64,000 nucleotides of DNA, taken from the NCBI RefSeq assembly GCF_036365525.1, contig NC_090397.1:51884318-51948317 (forward strand), in the 5' to 3' direction. Each line of letters opens with the position of its first letter. Position 1 is the stretch's first letter. The translations under genes and the position numbers were made by a program. The DNA is from Heterodontus francisci (Eukaryota). Below, piece after piece: positions 27,025 through 40,837 of this stretch. The notes beneath the pieces are model-generated. The model had not been told where the DNA came from, did no database searches, and was given only the letters and a program-made list of their open reading frames with translations.

Positions 27025-28242
27025 GTAAGTGAATTCAAGTCTGGGACATGGGGTCAAGGTCTGTTTCATTTCTGGCCTTGATTTTAACTCTCCCTGCTTG
27101 ATGGAAACTAGGGTGGTTGGGAAACATAGTTAATATGGAGTGGGGGAATTGCCCATTCCTTTCCCCACCTCTAAACCTGTCTGGTTTCAGTGTTAAATGT
27201 GCCTGTTCAGGCTCCAATCTGTGATTGTAACCTCAGACCTGAGTATGGGAAGACATGGTGACTTCCCCATTGGATAAACCTGTTGAGAACAGGAGCCAGG
27301 GCCAGAAGAGGTCAAGTGAGTTTCCTTTTGGGCCAGGAAGAGCAGGAGTGTCCCACCAGGACAACTTGGACCTCAGTTACCCAGGGCTTTCCCTCTCCTG
27401 GCCTTGATTGCCTGACAGGGGCTAAGGGAGTGTGTCGGAGGTGCTGTGCTCCCAAAGAGATGGTAAGCTAAGGACCCATCTGTTCAGGCGAGCGTTAAGA
27501 ATCCCACGGCAAGTAGTTCTCCCAGTGTCCTGGTCAACATTTCTCCCTCAACCAACATCAGCAAAAAACAGATTAACTGGTCATTGCTGTTTGTGGGATT
27601 TCATTGTGCCTAAAATAGCTCCCACATTTTCGTCCACAAAATTCATTGCATTTGTAATTAATTGCATGTAGAGCACTTTGAGATGTTTTTAGGAGGTGTG
27701 ATAAGGTCCCAAACTGATGACCTCTACCACCTAGAAGGACAAGGGAAGCAAGTGCTTAGGAACACCATCACATCCAAGTTCCCCTCCACATCACACACCA
27801 TCCTGACTTAGAAATATGTCACCGTTCCTTCATTGTCGCTGGGCCAAAGTCCTGGAACTCCCTACCGACCAGCACTGCGGGAGCATATTAACCACATGGA
27901 CTGCAGCAGTTCAAAAAAAAAGGCTCATCATCACTTTCTGCAGGGTAACTAGGGATAGGGCAATAATGCAGGCCTTGCCCACAGCCTCAGATGAATAATA
28001 TAAAAAAATGTAAAAACAAGACTGACTTTTTTTTTACAAAAGTACTTTTTGTCTACCAGCCTTGGATCTTACTAAATAATCTTTTGAGGCCTATGTCTGA
28101 GCAGGCCTGGGCCCATAGAGCAAAAAACTCTGCATCTAGAAACAAGTCAGTGCTCCCTTACAGACTTGTGTAGAACCCAATCCTCTGCTCCAAAAACATT
28201 ACATCCAAAAACCTGACCAAGTCACCAACTCTCACCTTGTGA

Positions 28243-28585
28243 GAGTGGCGCAGTGGTTAGCACCGCAGCCTCACAGCTCCAGCGACCCGGGTTCAATTCT
28301 GGGTACTGCCTGTGTGGAGTTTGCAAGTTCTCCCTGTGTCTGCGTGGGTTTCCTCCGGGTGCTCCGGTTTCCTCCCACATGCCAAAGACTTGCAGGTTAA
28401 TAGGTAAATTGGCCATTATAAATTGCCCCTAGTATAGGTAGGTGGTAGGGAAATATAGGGACAGGTGGGGATGTGGTAGGAATATGGGATGAGTGTAGGA
28501 TTAGTATAAAATGGGTGGTTGATGGTCAGCACAGACTCGGTGGGCCGAAGGGCCTGTTACAGTGTTGTATCTCTGAAAAAAAAAC
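28243..28585 (+). mobile_element. V-SINE (HE1-like), well preserved
   Basis: GTGGCGCAGTGGTTAGCACC..GGTTCAATTC; core GTGTCTGCGTGGGTTTCCTCCGGGTGCTCCGGTTTCCTCCCACA. Confidence 0.9.
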
Positions 28586-28851
28586 CTCCAGTCTACCAAA
28601 ATGTTCTGCTTTATGTTCTGCAAGCCCACGGATACCTTCAGTCTTTGCATTTCATCACTTAGTCACCGTCCTGCCTGTGGGGCTCCTCTCCCAGTACTGC
28701 TATATTTAAAGCCCGACTGAATCCAGTCCAGGCCTGTCTCTGATTTCAAATTAACACCAGAGGGACAGGCCAGAGTTGGGATTTGACCCATATCACGTCT
28801 GCCGCATACCCTGTCTGATTGCTTTTAATTTTTTAAAATCTTTAATTGCAG

Positions 28852-28992
28852 ACCCCAGGGCCATGTGCATATAAACACGTAGAAACTGATGTGTTCAAAA
28901 CCAGAGCACCTATATACACCATCGTGGAACGTAATCAGATTCCAGGAGACACTACAATGAAACCAGGACCTAATCGTTACAGAACAGAAGAT
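28852..28992 (+). CDS. ODF3/CIMAP1-family internal exon (phase 0-0, 141 nt)
   Basis: ttgcag / TPGPCAYKHVETDVFKTRAPIYTIVERNQIPGDTTMKPGPNRYRTED / gtaagt; two PGPxxY SHIPPO motifs. Confidence 0.92.
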
Positions 28993-29705
28993 GTAAGTAG
29001 CGATTCTGAATAGGAATCTGTCACTTAATCTCATCCACTCCCCATTGTGTTAGGCTGAACTCTCCCCAAGGTATCAGTAGGTAAATGTGCCTCCAATCTG
29101 GACTTTTGCCCTGTGGGTTATGTGAATCTGAACCTGGGTTGTTCTTGTAATGTTTTGATCTCTGCATGAATTGCCTGAATTGTATTGTGATCTTTTATAA
29201 TATTTATCTAATGTTAAATTCAGTTATCTTTAAAATTAGCTCAAACTGGCTGCAATAGTAACTCAGGATGTTAATTTGCTGCCAAAGAGAGGATCACATT
29301 GTGTAGACTCTGCAGCACCACACCATTATGAGAGAATGGTTCCTGACTGACACGAGCATAATAATTTTAACTAGGGGTGAGAATCAGGGAGGAGTGGTCA
29401 GGGGTGGGGGGTGTGGGGGAGGGGAGAGGGTTGAAGTGGTCGAAGAACCATCTGAGCCCTCCAGAGCATGAGTCCTAGGATATTCTAACTCCCAGGCCTC
29501 ATTCAGAGGCCCCAACGCTGATTCCCACCTGAAGCTGTGCTGTGTTAGTTAGGGGCAGCCTGGAAGGACCAGCTAGTCCTAGGCCTTCTTTGTGTGCTCA
29601 TATGTAAATGATGGCCTCACCAAAGTGTTCGGATTCTGAAGGGACTTTCTAAAGGTGGGGTGAAAGGTTCAAATGGCAGGTAGGGCATAAGTAGGGAAGT
29701 CGGAG

Positions 29706-32700
29706 GCGGGGGGATCTTTATCACTCAAAGGGTAATTGAGTTGCGGAATAAGTAACCAAGTAATGACATTGAAATGGATGATGTAAATGGAATCAGAAGA
29801 TAATTACATGTGTTCCTATGTAGAGAAGGGATGAGGGGTATGGCGAGGAGTTGAGTTGAGGGATGGATTGAAAATTGTACTTTGTTGCCTTCACCTTTCT
29901 TACAATGGATTCCCGATCATAAACACTCCGAATGAAAAGGCGGCAGCCTGGCCAACAGAACCAGAATATGGACTCACTGATTAACTGTATACCTGGATCA
30001 GAGAAGAATTCACTTCCGTTGATCGTATGCTACTGATGAGAACAAATTTACTGCCCTCCACTTCACCACTCACTGTTGACAATTCCCCCTCACAAGAATT
30101 ATCACTCTTTGAGCTTGGTTTGTGAATTTGTTTGTTGGGCTGTGGGAACCAGTGCACTGGTATCAGGTAAGGGTATTAAAGCATACAGAACCAAAGTGGG
30201 TAAATGTTGAGGAACAGATCAGCGATGATCTGATGAATGGCAAAACAGCTCTGACAGGCTGAATGACATCCTCGTGTTCCTATGGCCACTGACTGGTATA
30301 TTCATTGGCAGCTGGGCAATGGGTGGGGGAATGATTGGCAGGACCCGTGTCACCATTTTAGGCATCCACCTGGTGTGCCAAAAGTAATGGGCTCTATGAC
30401 TTTAGCAATTGGCCCAAGGCCTGTACAGCTAGGGTGTGGGTTGTCCCACTGGTAAATTGGTCTCCTTTGTGCCTGTTATCTGAAAAATGATTGCAACATA
30501 TCCCAATTTCCACCCCCAAATGTCTGCAAGCTATATGATCACACGAGGCATCATCACCTCCTGTCCTTGGGCACAGCTCACACTTGCTACATTTGTAGTA
30601 TGTTCCAGCAGATCACATCAGGAATGCAGGGACCATGGCAGATTTGGCCTTTCCCTATCCCAGGGTCCTCCTGAGGCACAATGAGCTGAGCAGCTGTTCC
30701 TCTCTTGAGACTGAGATTGAACATGAGGCCTCCCTGCTTTCAGTTCCACACCATTTAGGAAGAGAGTGTTTTATGTACGGTCTCAATTTAAAAGAAATGC
30801 ATGGAATTATTTGTGTTGCATTACTAACATGTGGAGAGACTTAGAAGTTTAACCCTTTGTGATTTTTTCCCAGGTGAACTTGCATAAAAGCTACCCCAAG
30901 TACACTTTTGGAATCCACCACTCTGACTACCTCGCACCCCTTATTGTGGCTCCCTCAGACTAAGAGCCAACAACACCAGCCAGCCCCAATCCCCCAGCAC
31001 AGTTTTACAGCCCTGAATTGCAAAAAATGTCAATTTTAATTTTAAAAAAAATCTTTCATTTAAACATTTGATTCTTTCTCATCTTGTGTGTATGATGCAA
31101 AACCTGCCAGCTTTCTATGTTAGGAGCTTGGTGTTGAAATTTAACCCAATAAAAACACTCATGGTAGTGGTGAGGCACAACGTCAGTGAGATTTGCAGAA
31201 CTGGGTTATAGGCAGACTCTAGGCTTATTTGTCTTACAGCAACCTAAACGATGGTACATCCACGATCTATTGCGACTTCTCATCCATCAGAATGGCAAGG
31301 AATTCTATGACCTTTCCCAGGCTGCATGACCAGACTTTTCACTGTGGAGAGGAAACATCCAAGTGAATTCTCTGCAATAAAGGGTGGCACAGTGGTGCAG
31401 TGGTTAGCACCGCAGCCTCACAGCTCCAGGGACCCGGGTTCAATTCTGGGTACTGCCTATGTGGAGTTTGCAAGTTCTCCCTGTGACCATGTGGGTTTTC
31501 GCCAGGTGCTCCAAAGACTTGCAGGTGATAGGCAAATTGGCCATTGTAAATTGCTCCTAGTGTAGGTAGGTGGTAGGGAATGTGGGATTACTGTAGGGTT
31601 AGTATAAATGGGTGGTTGTTGGTCGGCACAGACTCGGTGGGCCGAAGGGCCTGTTTCAGTGCTGTATCTCTAAATAAATAAATAAATGTGCCTCACTTCG
31701 TTATTTTGCATTGGTCATTGGGGACTTGTCCTGGAGGCTGTAATGAGGTCACCCTACCCTCAGAGGAAGCAGGGTTTTCGTCCAGCAGTCTGGTGGCATG
31801 GTGCCAAAATGAAATTCACTTCGGGCTCATTGACTTGACAGTGAAAATGATCTTAGGAGGCAGTAATGGGGAAGGGAAGGTGAGGGGGACAGGTTTTTGT
31901 GCTGTTTTCTTCTATTTCTTCCCCACACCTGTTGCCAAAGGAGATAGAGATTCACGGCATCTAGGGTTAGATCAGCCAAGCCAAACTACCAAGAAAGAAA
32001 AAATCTTCTCAGTGGAGGTTAGAGGGGGTGACCTCACTGAAGGTTAGAGGGGTGTGTCCGCAGTAGAGGTTAGACAACTTTGGACAACCAGGACAACTTT
32101 GCTTCCATGTTTGGGGATTAGATTACATGGATTGAGAGATAATAAAACATTCAAACAGATGGTACATTACAATATTTACCATTGTGAATGTAGCGATTGT
32201 AGACTAGCTAAGCTGCTCTATAGAGATGTGCATTGTGGGTGTTATGGCCTGAGATACAGAATGGGTAAAAGGAATGGTTCATAATCCAGGGATCTAAATA
32301 AATATGGGGGGGGGGGGGGGTGGGGTTTGCAATTTTTTTAAAAGAGTGTGGGAGAAATTTATAGTAAGGGAAACATAATTAGATTTTACCCTTGTGCATA
32401 AGAAACTAATAAAATGAAAAAAAAAATCTGTCTGTGCATGTTCTATAAAATGAAAATATAAATGTTTTGAAAATTGAAACGGCATAACAAGACAAGGTAA
32501 TTTTCCCAAGAAATTCCTAATTTTTTGATATTTCTCAATCCTATCTACCGTCTTACTGTATCCCCCATCCCCACATATCCACTTTGTCACCTTATCCCGC
32601 AATCCTACCCACCTTTGCACCACATCTCCCAATCTCTTCTATCCACCTTCAGATCCTTTTCTTCAAACCCAGAAACATTTAATACGCTGTCACCTCACTT

Positions 32701-34906
32701 GCACTTTATGCTTCAATGTTCTTCAATGATAACTTGCTCCACATTAAGCACTGAACTGTACATTGGCGTCCTCCCTCCCACCACTCTTGATTAAATACTG
32801 AACTGTACAGCACGGACACACCTTCACTCATTACATGGACAGCACGGAAACAGGACATTCAGCCCAACAAGTTCATGCCGGCATTTATGCTCCACTTGAG
32901 CCTCCTCCCATATTTCCTTATCTAATTCTATCAATATAACCCTCTAATCCCTTCTCCCTCACATATCTAGTTTCCGCTTAAATGCATTATATTATTCACC
33001 TCAACTACTGCCTGTGGTACCGAGGTTCACATTCTCACCACTCTCTGGGTAAAAGTCTCTTCTGAATTCCCTATTTAATTATCCTATATTGGTGGCTTCT
33101 AAGAGATGGTAATCGGACAAGTAAAGAAACAAAAGATGGGTCTAAATGGGGTGTAAATGGGTAAAGCAGAATCATCGGCAACATAATTTTAAAGACCTCT
33201 GTCATGTCACCCTCACCCTTTTTTCAAGAAAAAAAAGAGACCCGGCCTCTTTATCCTTCATTCTTCCCTGCTAGGTACAACTTTGTAGTTCTGGTATCAT
33301 CCTCATAGATCTTTTTTTGCACCATTTTCAGTACCTCTGTATACTTTTTATAATAGTGACCAGAACTATAAACAGTACTGTAAGTCTGGTCTAACCAATG
33401 TTCAATACAACTTTTGCATAACCTTACTACTTTTCAATTCTATCCCTTTAGAAATAAATCCCAGTTGTTGGTTTTCCTTTTACAAAGCCTTATTAACCTG
33501 CGTCACTACTTTTTGTGATTTGTGTATTTCTACACCCTTTTCTCTACCACTCCATTTAGATTTTTCTTTTCCAAGTAATATTTGACCTCCATATTTTTCT
33601 TAACAAACTGTAATGCTTCATACTTACCTATGTTGAAATTCATTTGCCAATTATATGCCCATTATGTAATTTTATTAATGTCTTCTAATTTATTGCAGTC
33701 CTGCTCTGTATAGACCAACCCCCTCTAACCCCCACCCCCCCAAAAAAAAATTGGTGTCATCTGCAACTTAGAAATTGGGTTCTTGATTCATAAGTTTAAA
33801 TCGTTAATATAAATTGTGAACTGTGGTCCCAGTACTGATTCTTGTGGAACCCCACTTCCCACCTCTGCCACTTATCCCTGACTCTGTATGCTTTGACCTT
33901 ATTCATTAGTCTATTATGTGGTACCTTTTCGAAGGCCTTTTAGAAATCAGGATATATTCCATTTATTATATTACTCTTGTCTCCTCTGTTCCCTCTTCAA
34001 AGAATTCTATGAGGTCAGTCAAACAAGACTTTCCCTTTTGAAACTCATGCTGAGTATTCATTACTTTTTTTTGGTTTCTAGATGTTTTCTATTTTCCCCC
34101 TCAATAGGGATTACTTCATCTTTCCTACAACTGATATTGGTGGACTTATTATTCCCTGAGCAAGTTTTATCTCCATTCTTAAATATAAGTATAATATTAG
34201 CTATCCACCAGGCCTTTGACCTACACTTTTTTGTAACAAACTATTAAATATGTGTAATAGTGCCTCTGCTATCTCTTCCCTAGATTCTTTTAAAATGCTT
34301 GGATACAATCCACCAGGACTCCTGATTTAAGACTTAATTTTACGTGGACACCTGCTCTCCTGAATAAACAATGAACAATTCATGGGCACACCACTCCTCG
34401 TTAAACAGTGAATTGTACAAACTTTAAAAATTTGTATAATAGTCTAAAATTGGTAACCTGTTTTAGGTGTCTTCCGATTTTAATTCTATTCAACGATGAG
34501 GAGCTGAGGGGGGAGGAAAGTGGGGTCTCTCTGGAATTGAGTTGGCATTACAATGATATACAACTGGTGCTAAAGGTTTGGAACTGAGTCAGCCCTTCGT
34601 GACAGACTTGCTAATCGACATCCGTGATTAAAGTTTCAAAACAACTTCATTGATTGAGGTCATGAAAGGCGCTATATAAATGCAAGTTCATCTTTCATTG
34701 ATTGGTGAGCCAAGTGTGTCTGCAATACTCATGTGATCTGATGATTGTCCAGCTGGCCTGGCTCAATAGTGGGATTAAGAGAGGTAGACTCATCAATGGA
34801 GGCTGGGATTCTTTCCACTCAGTCAATATACCACTGATTCTCTGACTCTCAATCCCATCAACCTGCCCCCAATGATGGCTGCATAAATGCATGGCTCAGG
34901 ATATGA
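29706..34906 (+). repeat. Segmental duplication copy B (matches 1-5201)
   Basis: About 8 differences seen over 5.2 kb. Confidence 0.95.
30874..30963 (+). CDS. ODF3/CIMAP1-family terminal exon, copy 2
   Basis: Identical to 1169-1258; in frame with the 28852-28992 exon. Confidence 0.88.
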   Translation: MNLHKSYPKYTFGIHHSDYLAPLIVAPSD

Positions 34907-35944
34907 CCTTAATATCAGTAAGCTTTGCTATTGATCCTGAAGCACTTTGTTATTTTAGTTCAACAGAGCACTCACTATCTCTTGGGTTTTCTCGGGTTAG
35001 TTGTTTTGTTCTTCATTTTTAGTCCATCCCGTGCTTTTCATCAGCCCATGGTCTAAGTACCAAATACAAGTATAAAGCTAAAAATACCAGAGCAGGTCTA
35101 TCAACATCTGAAAGAGAACCGACAGGTCAGGAGTTCAGATAGAGACAATTTATTGGAGCTCCCACTGGAAATTGCCTCTAGGATTCTCCAGATCAACCGT
35201 GACAATGATTTCCCTCAAAGGTTTTTATTTATATATAAAGTAGGCAGCACTGCACAGCAGAATATCTTACAAGTGTTCCTCCTCTAAATGCTCCAAAGGC
35301 ACATAAACTGAGGGAGTCAATCACAAACTGAGGGTCAATCACATAAATTGAGGGAGTCGGTCACATAAAATGAGCAATTCAGTCACATAAATGGAGGTCA
35401 GTCATCAAATAACCAACAAGGAACTGACTTAACTTAGCAGATTTTTACAAAAATTGAGTGCCATTAAGAAGCCTGCATTGATGATTTTTGAGTGGTTTGT
35501 TGGCCTTGTACAACTCCTTGATTTTCAGCATTTTACAGAGTCAAAAAACATGTTTTTAAAATCCTGATTTCCCTCCAACATGGCTTGAAGTTCATAATGC
35601 AGTAACAAAGCAGGCAGTGAACATTACTTTTAACTACACTCAGTTCAACTATGTACCCAATCCTGAATGTGTCGATGAATCAATTATAGATTAATTGCAG
35701 TGGTGTGAATACATTCATTAAAAGTTGCTAAATTCATCTACCCCATCAGAATGAATAAAATCATTTGTATTTCGTAAAGTAAATTTATTTTTTGCATAAC
35801 AATTCCTGTACATTAGTTCCTTCACTTTATAGAAATAAGCTACGTGCAGTCTGTATGGAGCTGAGTGAGGTACTGGTATAAGGCCCCTTCCCTCACTCTC
35901 CAAACTGACTTATGCCTCGCTTTAGGGGTGTTGCTGCTGTATAG

Positions 35945-36981
35945 TCATGGCCACCTTTGTGTGCAGCTGCATCAAGCTGTGCATAGACCCTCAGTAAGCA
36001 GACACCAAGTGTCACTACTTGCTGAGGTTCTATGTGTCCCTGGTGTTGCGAAGGATGGGTCTGGCCTTGTTGCCGCAGAACGCTCCATTCAGTTGGACTG
36101 TGTCGTACCACCTGACCATCATAGAAAAATTTGTGCAGAGAAACACCTTTGATCACAAGTCCATCAAGCAGTGGTCTACATGTAACGTCGTCTAAGTCCT
36201 GTGGGAAAAGGAAATGGTGGATCCTGTCGGATGGTTCCCTGAGCAGACTGTCAAAGTTATTTGGCAGAATGCTTCATTGTCAGAACTTTCATGCAAGCGC
36301 CAAGACCTAGCTTGGCTAGTGGTAAGAAGCGCCCTCCCTGTCAGATCCATCATGCTCATCTGGAGTCTCAGCATCACCGCACAGTGTCCTGGAGGGGAAG
36401 AGACCATCGCCCACCTATGCCTTTGCATAGGGGGTCTGGAAAGGGATGCAGTGGGTTTTGTCAAGGTTCAGCCTGAGCAGCACTGTAAGGCAGGACTCTG
36501 TTCTACAGGCTGTTCCCAGGGACGGCCACAGAGACAAACATTAACTGCTGCTGGAGGACCATCAACTCATTGAAAAACACTCTTTGGTCTACCTGAAACT
36601 TGTTGGTCTTCAGCCAAAGAGCTGTCCACGACCAAGTGTTTCAGACTGACACACTCCAAGGACCAGGACTACATGCTGAGGGATGCACTAAAGTTTGGGG
36701 CAGCTGCCGCAAAGGCTCATTGGGGAAAGGCCACTAAAGCCCTCCCGCCATAGTACACCGAGGGGCTGGAACCCATGTAAAGCCCCTCAGGCTGTATGTT
36801 TGACATAAAAAGTACATTGTAAATATACCTGTAATTGAGGTGCCTCACTACACTTAGAGTGCCACATACTGTAATGAAAGAAATTGAACTGTATTGCACT
36901 TTATGTAATGTCAAATTTGAACTGTTATATAATGTACTTTTATAAATTTTATGAATAAAGTATATTTTTTGGAAAAAAAAA
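35945..36981 (+). mobile_element. Tx1/L1-clade LINE 3' fragment
   Basis: WQNASLSELSCKRQDLAWLVVRSALP..CPGGEETIAHL; AATAAA plus poly(A) end. Confidence 0.7.
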
Positions 36982-37360
36982 CCACAGCCATTAAGGGGAT
37001 GAAAGATTTACGAGTACAGAGATGATTAGTGCAGTACAGTGTAGGACTGAGGCATTGTATATAACCATCTATTCCAAGATTATTGAAACTGCTTCAACTG
37101 CTCTGACTGAACTCCAGTTCCACAATGTCCTCTCATCCCATCTTATTGCTGGTGGTCAAGGATGGTGTCACTAATTCTGTCAGCCATCAGAACCATGGCT
37201 CCCAAACAAGGAGATCCTGTGAGGTGTCCTCCTCGATGTTTGTGTCACAAAGCAAGCTGTACACAGGTTCTTCTTTCCAGATGGAGGTTGTGCATTAGGT
37301 TAACAGAATGATTTTCAATTCTGAAGAATAATTATTTCATCAGTGTTGGATTCACTAGTT

Positions 37361-37366
37361 TTTATT
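37361..37366 (-). terminator. Candidate poly(A) signal of GCAP gene
   Basis: AATAAA on - strand ~140 nt after the stop. Confidence 0.4.
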
Positions 37367-37506
37367 CTAAGTCCCATTATGTATTTAAGAGTGAAATTCA
37401 GATGTAATTCCGTGATGCACTGTGCGTGTGTTTTTTTTTGTGCCCAGGTAATAGTTTCTGGGTGAGAATTTGGTGCTCGTCTGATATGCTGTCCATCTCT
37501 TCCATT

Positions 37507-37634
37507 TTACACACTGTGTCTTCGGTTATGAATCATCGCAACAATATGTGTGAGGTCGAGACTATTCATCATCACCTCACAAAACTCTCTGTCTTTCTTA
37601 GCTCCTTCAACAAACTCTTCAAGAGAAAGTTCCC
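37507..37634 (-). CDS. GUCA1A: GCAP1-type exon 4
   Basis: tttacag / G-ELSLEEFVEGAKKDREFCEVMMNSLDLTHIVAMIHNRRHSV*. Confidence 0.95.
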
Positions 37635-37749
37635 CTGTAAACAAAACATGACCAAAGGGAAAATAATTCAAGTCTGCAGATAATGAAAGGTGTAGACAAA
37701 CTGAGAGGAAACAAATGATTTAGTTTGGGCAATGAGGAGGAAATAAAGA

Positions 37750-38265
37750 CTTCAACAACAACAGACTTATGTAATAAAGGTGCTACATCGGAGAATTATA
37801 AAGTAAAATTAGACACCAAGCCACATAAGGCGATATTATAGCAAATGGGCAAAAGCGTAGTCAAAGAGGTAGATTTTAAGGAGCTTCTTGAAGGAATAAA
37901 GAGAGGTAGAAATTTGGAGCTGTTTACGGATGGAATTCCAGAGTTTAGGGCCTAAGCAGCTGAAGGCACGGCCACCAATGGTGGAGCAATTAAAATTGGC
38001 TTACATTTATATACTGCATTTCACGATCTCATGTCATCCCAAAGTGTTTATAGCCAATGAAGTACTTTTGAAGTGTAGTCATTGTTGTAATATAGGAAAC
38101 ATGGCAGCCAAATTGCACACAGTAAGCTCCCACAAACAACAATGACCAGATAATTCAATGTTGGTTGAGCGATGAATATTGGCCAGGACACTGACTATCT
38201 TTGAAATAGTGAAGATGGGATCTTTTACGTCCCAACCAAGAGCACAGACAGGTTTAACGTTCACA
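37750..38265 (-). mobile_element. L2 3' end plus DeuSINE fragment in GCAP intron 3
   Basis: caacaacaac tail; Deu-core gaagtgtagtca..gcagccaaattgcacacag. Confidence 0.55.
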
Positions 38266-38532
38266 CTTCTGATTGGTGTCTAGCCTCATCTGCTGGAGGT
38301 GTCCATCTGCTGCTGCCAACTGAGTAACAGGTTCAGGATTGCTACAATGCCTCGAGTAGTCAAGTAACTATGTCGATAGTCATTGTCCATGCTCACACAT
38401 GAAAAGATGGCACTTGGGCGTAGAAGGCAATCAGTGCTTGTAGAGTTCTAGCCAAGCAAGGAGCCCATAAATTCAGGAGAGGACAAAGTCAGAAAAGGCT
38501 GAAAAAGTAAAGGAAATAAAAAAACTACTCAC

Positions 38533-38623
38533 CATCTCCATTGACATCAATATTATCAAAGACGTGGTTTGTGAACTCCTCTGCTGACATGTCCTGTTGA
38601 CACCCATTAATGGCACGGATAGC
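38533..38623 (-). CDS. GUCA1A: GCAP1-type exon 3
   Basis: ctcctag / AIRAINGCQQDMSAEEFTNHVFDNIDVNGD-G / gtgagt; start of EF4 loop. Confidence 0.95.
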
Positions 38624-39791
38624 CTAGGAGACAAAGAGATAACATTCAAATTGATCCACAGGGATGATATTAAGTGATTGACAGGTACCAGAAGCGAGAG
38701 TTTGTTGTTATGAACAAAGGCTTGAAAACTGAAGCTTTTTCACTAAAACAGAGAATGTTAAGGTGGTTGGCGGGGTGGGGTGGGGGAGGGGGGTTGTAGG
38801 GGAGGTGGTTGTCTAATTGAGGGTTTCAAGAAAGGTCTTGAGAGGGTCAATAGTGTATGATTGTTCCCACTGGTTGGAAAATCATAAGGGCACAGACCGA
38901 GGATTGTCACTAGAAGAATGAAGAGTGGAATTGGAAGAAATATTTTCACACAAAGGTGGATTGGAACATGTCTCCTAACAGACAACATTTCAGTTTGAAG
39001 GTGGTGCTGGTATTTCCTAGTTCAATTTTCACAGGTGGAGGAGTTGTTCAAAAGGCACACTCTGATTTCTCTGCCAGCTCGTCTCAGCAGGGCTTAAATG
39101 TCTTAGCTGGAATTGATCTCTCTCAGCCTTGTGCTAGAATGAAAGATTGCTTTCAATGTTCTCTTTGTGGCTGGAGATTCCAGACTGATCTTGATGATTG
39201 ATTCTGATGTTAGGTGACTGATCACACCCTTTGTTCTCCAAGTAAAGGTAAATTCATAAAGTGTTAGTTTCTCCCATGTGACTTTAGGCTTTGGTTCCTG
39301 ATGGGCTGTACAACAGCTTCTGTTGGTAGCCCATTTTGATAAGATGAGGGCTGTTCACACTCTATTGTGGTAAGTGTAACTGGAGACATAGAGTCTATGA
39401 GTGTCTTTGTTTCAACTCATTTTGTGGGTAGCTCACATCTATGTGTGATGAGCTGTCTCATTTCAATGCAGACGGAGTTAAGGAGTTTTAGTTCTTAGCA
39501 GACATGGATGTATATTTTAGTGCAGGAGATGGTCTTTGTCATATGACTGTGTCTTCCATCTTCTTCAAGGCAAAAATATACCAGTCTTTTATAACTTTTT
39601 AAAAATAACTTCAGTTTACTGTTATATTTTCATCGCTGCACATCTTGTGAGAATGACAATATGTTGAAAGGTTGAGATGAGGTAGGTGGAATGATAAGAG
39701 ACTCTTGTGGGGTATAAGCATGGGCACAGACCAGTGGGCCCTATGGGCTGTTGCTGTGATGCATATTCTATGTAATCCACTTGTTGGTTCA

Positions 39792-40728
39792 TGTCATGTA
39801 CGCCCCCACCTGCCAAGCATGAGGCATATTCATTTTGCCACATGGACATTAAATTTCAAACTGTTGTTGAAGTGAAGAAAGGACTTGCTTTAAAAAATTG
39901 CCAGTTCTTGGCTGGAAATACATCTGCATATTAACAGACAGTGCTTGGAAGGACAAAGCAGCCATTCCCCGACACATTCAACCCACAATGGACTTTTGAT
40001 CACCAGACGTTGAAAGTGGGGGAACTCGCATTCCAGGTTGACTGCTAAGATTGCCAAATACAAAAACGGACATGGTCAAACCAGCTAGTCACATGACTAA
40101 CCTGCTGGGCAACATGTGTTTTTTGAATTTGTACAAACAGTTTAGGCAGAAAGCAGAATGCTCCTGGACTGAGAAGATCTCTCCTGACTGGCTCGCCACA
40201 GCCTCTCCTGTCTTCCTGTTCCCATCTCTTTCTCACAGGCCTCTGAATCCACTGAAGACACATGAACCCCAAGGGAGAAAAGTCTCCTACAGCGAACATG
40301 GTTTACGAATAATACTGGGCCCCAACAAAAAGCAAGATCTACCTACAATCAAGGAATCTACAGGGAGCTCGAAGAACCATAACAAAAACTCTTCAGATAT
40401 TGCCTCAAACTTTTCCACTTTATTTTACTTCTCTTTTCTGTCTCTATTTGCAGGTGTGCATCGCGTATGCATGCTAGCGTGGGCACGTCACGTATCTGTA
40501 GGCATCAACCGAATTAAAGTTTAAGTTTGATAAATTTCAACTTTTCTTCTTTAAACCTAAGAAAGCCTGTTTGTGCTGGTTTCTTTGCCTTATAATTGGA
40601 AAGCGGTGAACAAGGATTCTCCAAGGGGGAGCTAAAAACACAGTGTGTTTGAACTTAAACTCTGTTACAGTAATACCAGGTGAAGGCTGAGAGGGACCCC
40701 TAGACACCTTCCTTACCAGGTTGTAACA
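39792..40728 (+). mobile_element. Solo LTR in GCAP intron 2
   Basis: TGTCATG..GTAACA ends, GTTCA on both flanks; homologous to 50614-51512 in opposite orientation; strand is relative. Confidence 0.85.
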
Positions 40729-40837
40729 GTTCACATTATAGGAGCAAGAGTCAGACATTCTCACTGCCTCCTGCAATCTTAATACAGGAATATGTTCACT
40801 TGTGAAAAGTTTCCTAGAAATGCCAGTAGCTTCTTAC

